A stretch of DNA of 63,181 nucleotides, filler included, from Octopus bimaculoides (taxonomy: Eukaryota): NCBI RefSeq assembly GCF_001194135.2. It is 4 parts of 4 records of this genome, joined end to end, with 100 filler letters (N's around TTAATTAATTAA, not from the genome) between each part and the next. Parts side by side here need not be neighbours in the genome. Positions count along the whole stretch, not along the records: positions 60,856 to 63,181 come from NW_026397363.1; 3 more parts are not named here. The stretch is one strand, 5' to 3'. The position numbers were made by a program, and so were the translations under genes. The first letter of the stretch is position 1, and the number at the start of each line of letters is the position of its first letter. Under the pieces are notes generated by a model, which saw only the letters and a list, made by a program, of their open reading frames with translations, was not told where the DNA came from and searched no databases. This document shows, piece by piece, positions 62,945-63,181 of this stretch.

Positions 62945-63181
62945 TTTCTTTTAATTGTTTCAGTCATTTGACTGTGGCCATGCTGGAGCAAATCGACCCC
63001 CAGAATTTATTCGTTGTAAGCCTAGCATTTATTCTATCGGCCTCTTTTGTCAAATTTCTAAGTTACAGGGACGTAAACACACCAGCATCGGTTGTCAAGC
63101 GATGCTGGCGGACAAACATATACACACACATACATACACACATATATATACACATATACGACGGGCTTCTTTCAGTTTCCG
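62945..63181 (-). mobile_element. SINE family A 3' portion (continues beyond the window)
   Basis: TTGTTTCAGTCATTTGACTGTGGCCATGCTGGAGC..GGACGTAAACACACCAGCATCGGTTGTCAAGCGAT..CGACGGGCTTCTTTCAGTTTCCG. Confidence 0.9.

Overview
AT-rich, gap-ridden animal genomic scaffold. Many N runs sit next to microsatellites, and three gaps are 100-nt assembler spacers with a central TTAATTAATTAA. The repeat content (tRNA-headed SINEs with internal microsatellites, R4/Dong, RTE and Tx1 LINEs, Tc1/mariners) looks cephalopod/Octopus-like; that is an inference. The only credible host protein-coding gene is a single-exon 969-aa class A (rhodopsin-like) GPCR at 17006-19915, with a signal peptide and an unusually long (~690 aa) N-terminal region containing no domain I recognise. 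Everything else identifiable is mobile DNA or simple repeat. The most notable items are: (i) a full-length U6 snRNA copy fused to a full-length SINE, inserted as one unit into a local repeat whose empty site survives nearby; (ii) a head-to-tail cluster of Tx1/L1-clade LINEs joined at TATC/TATG microsatellites; (iii) restriction-like-endonuclease (R4/Dong) LINE fragments sitting in (TACA)n and (AAT)n tracts; (iv) hammerhead-ribozyme-like cores in Penelope-like fragments; (v) a ~1.07-kb foldback with ~440-bp arms. Most long ORFs in the supplied track are artefacts of N runs or microsatellites. Repeat boundaries were placed by eye and are approximate unless a TIR or TSD is quoted.
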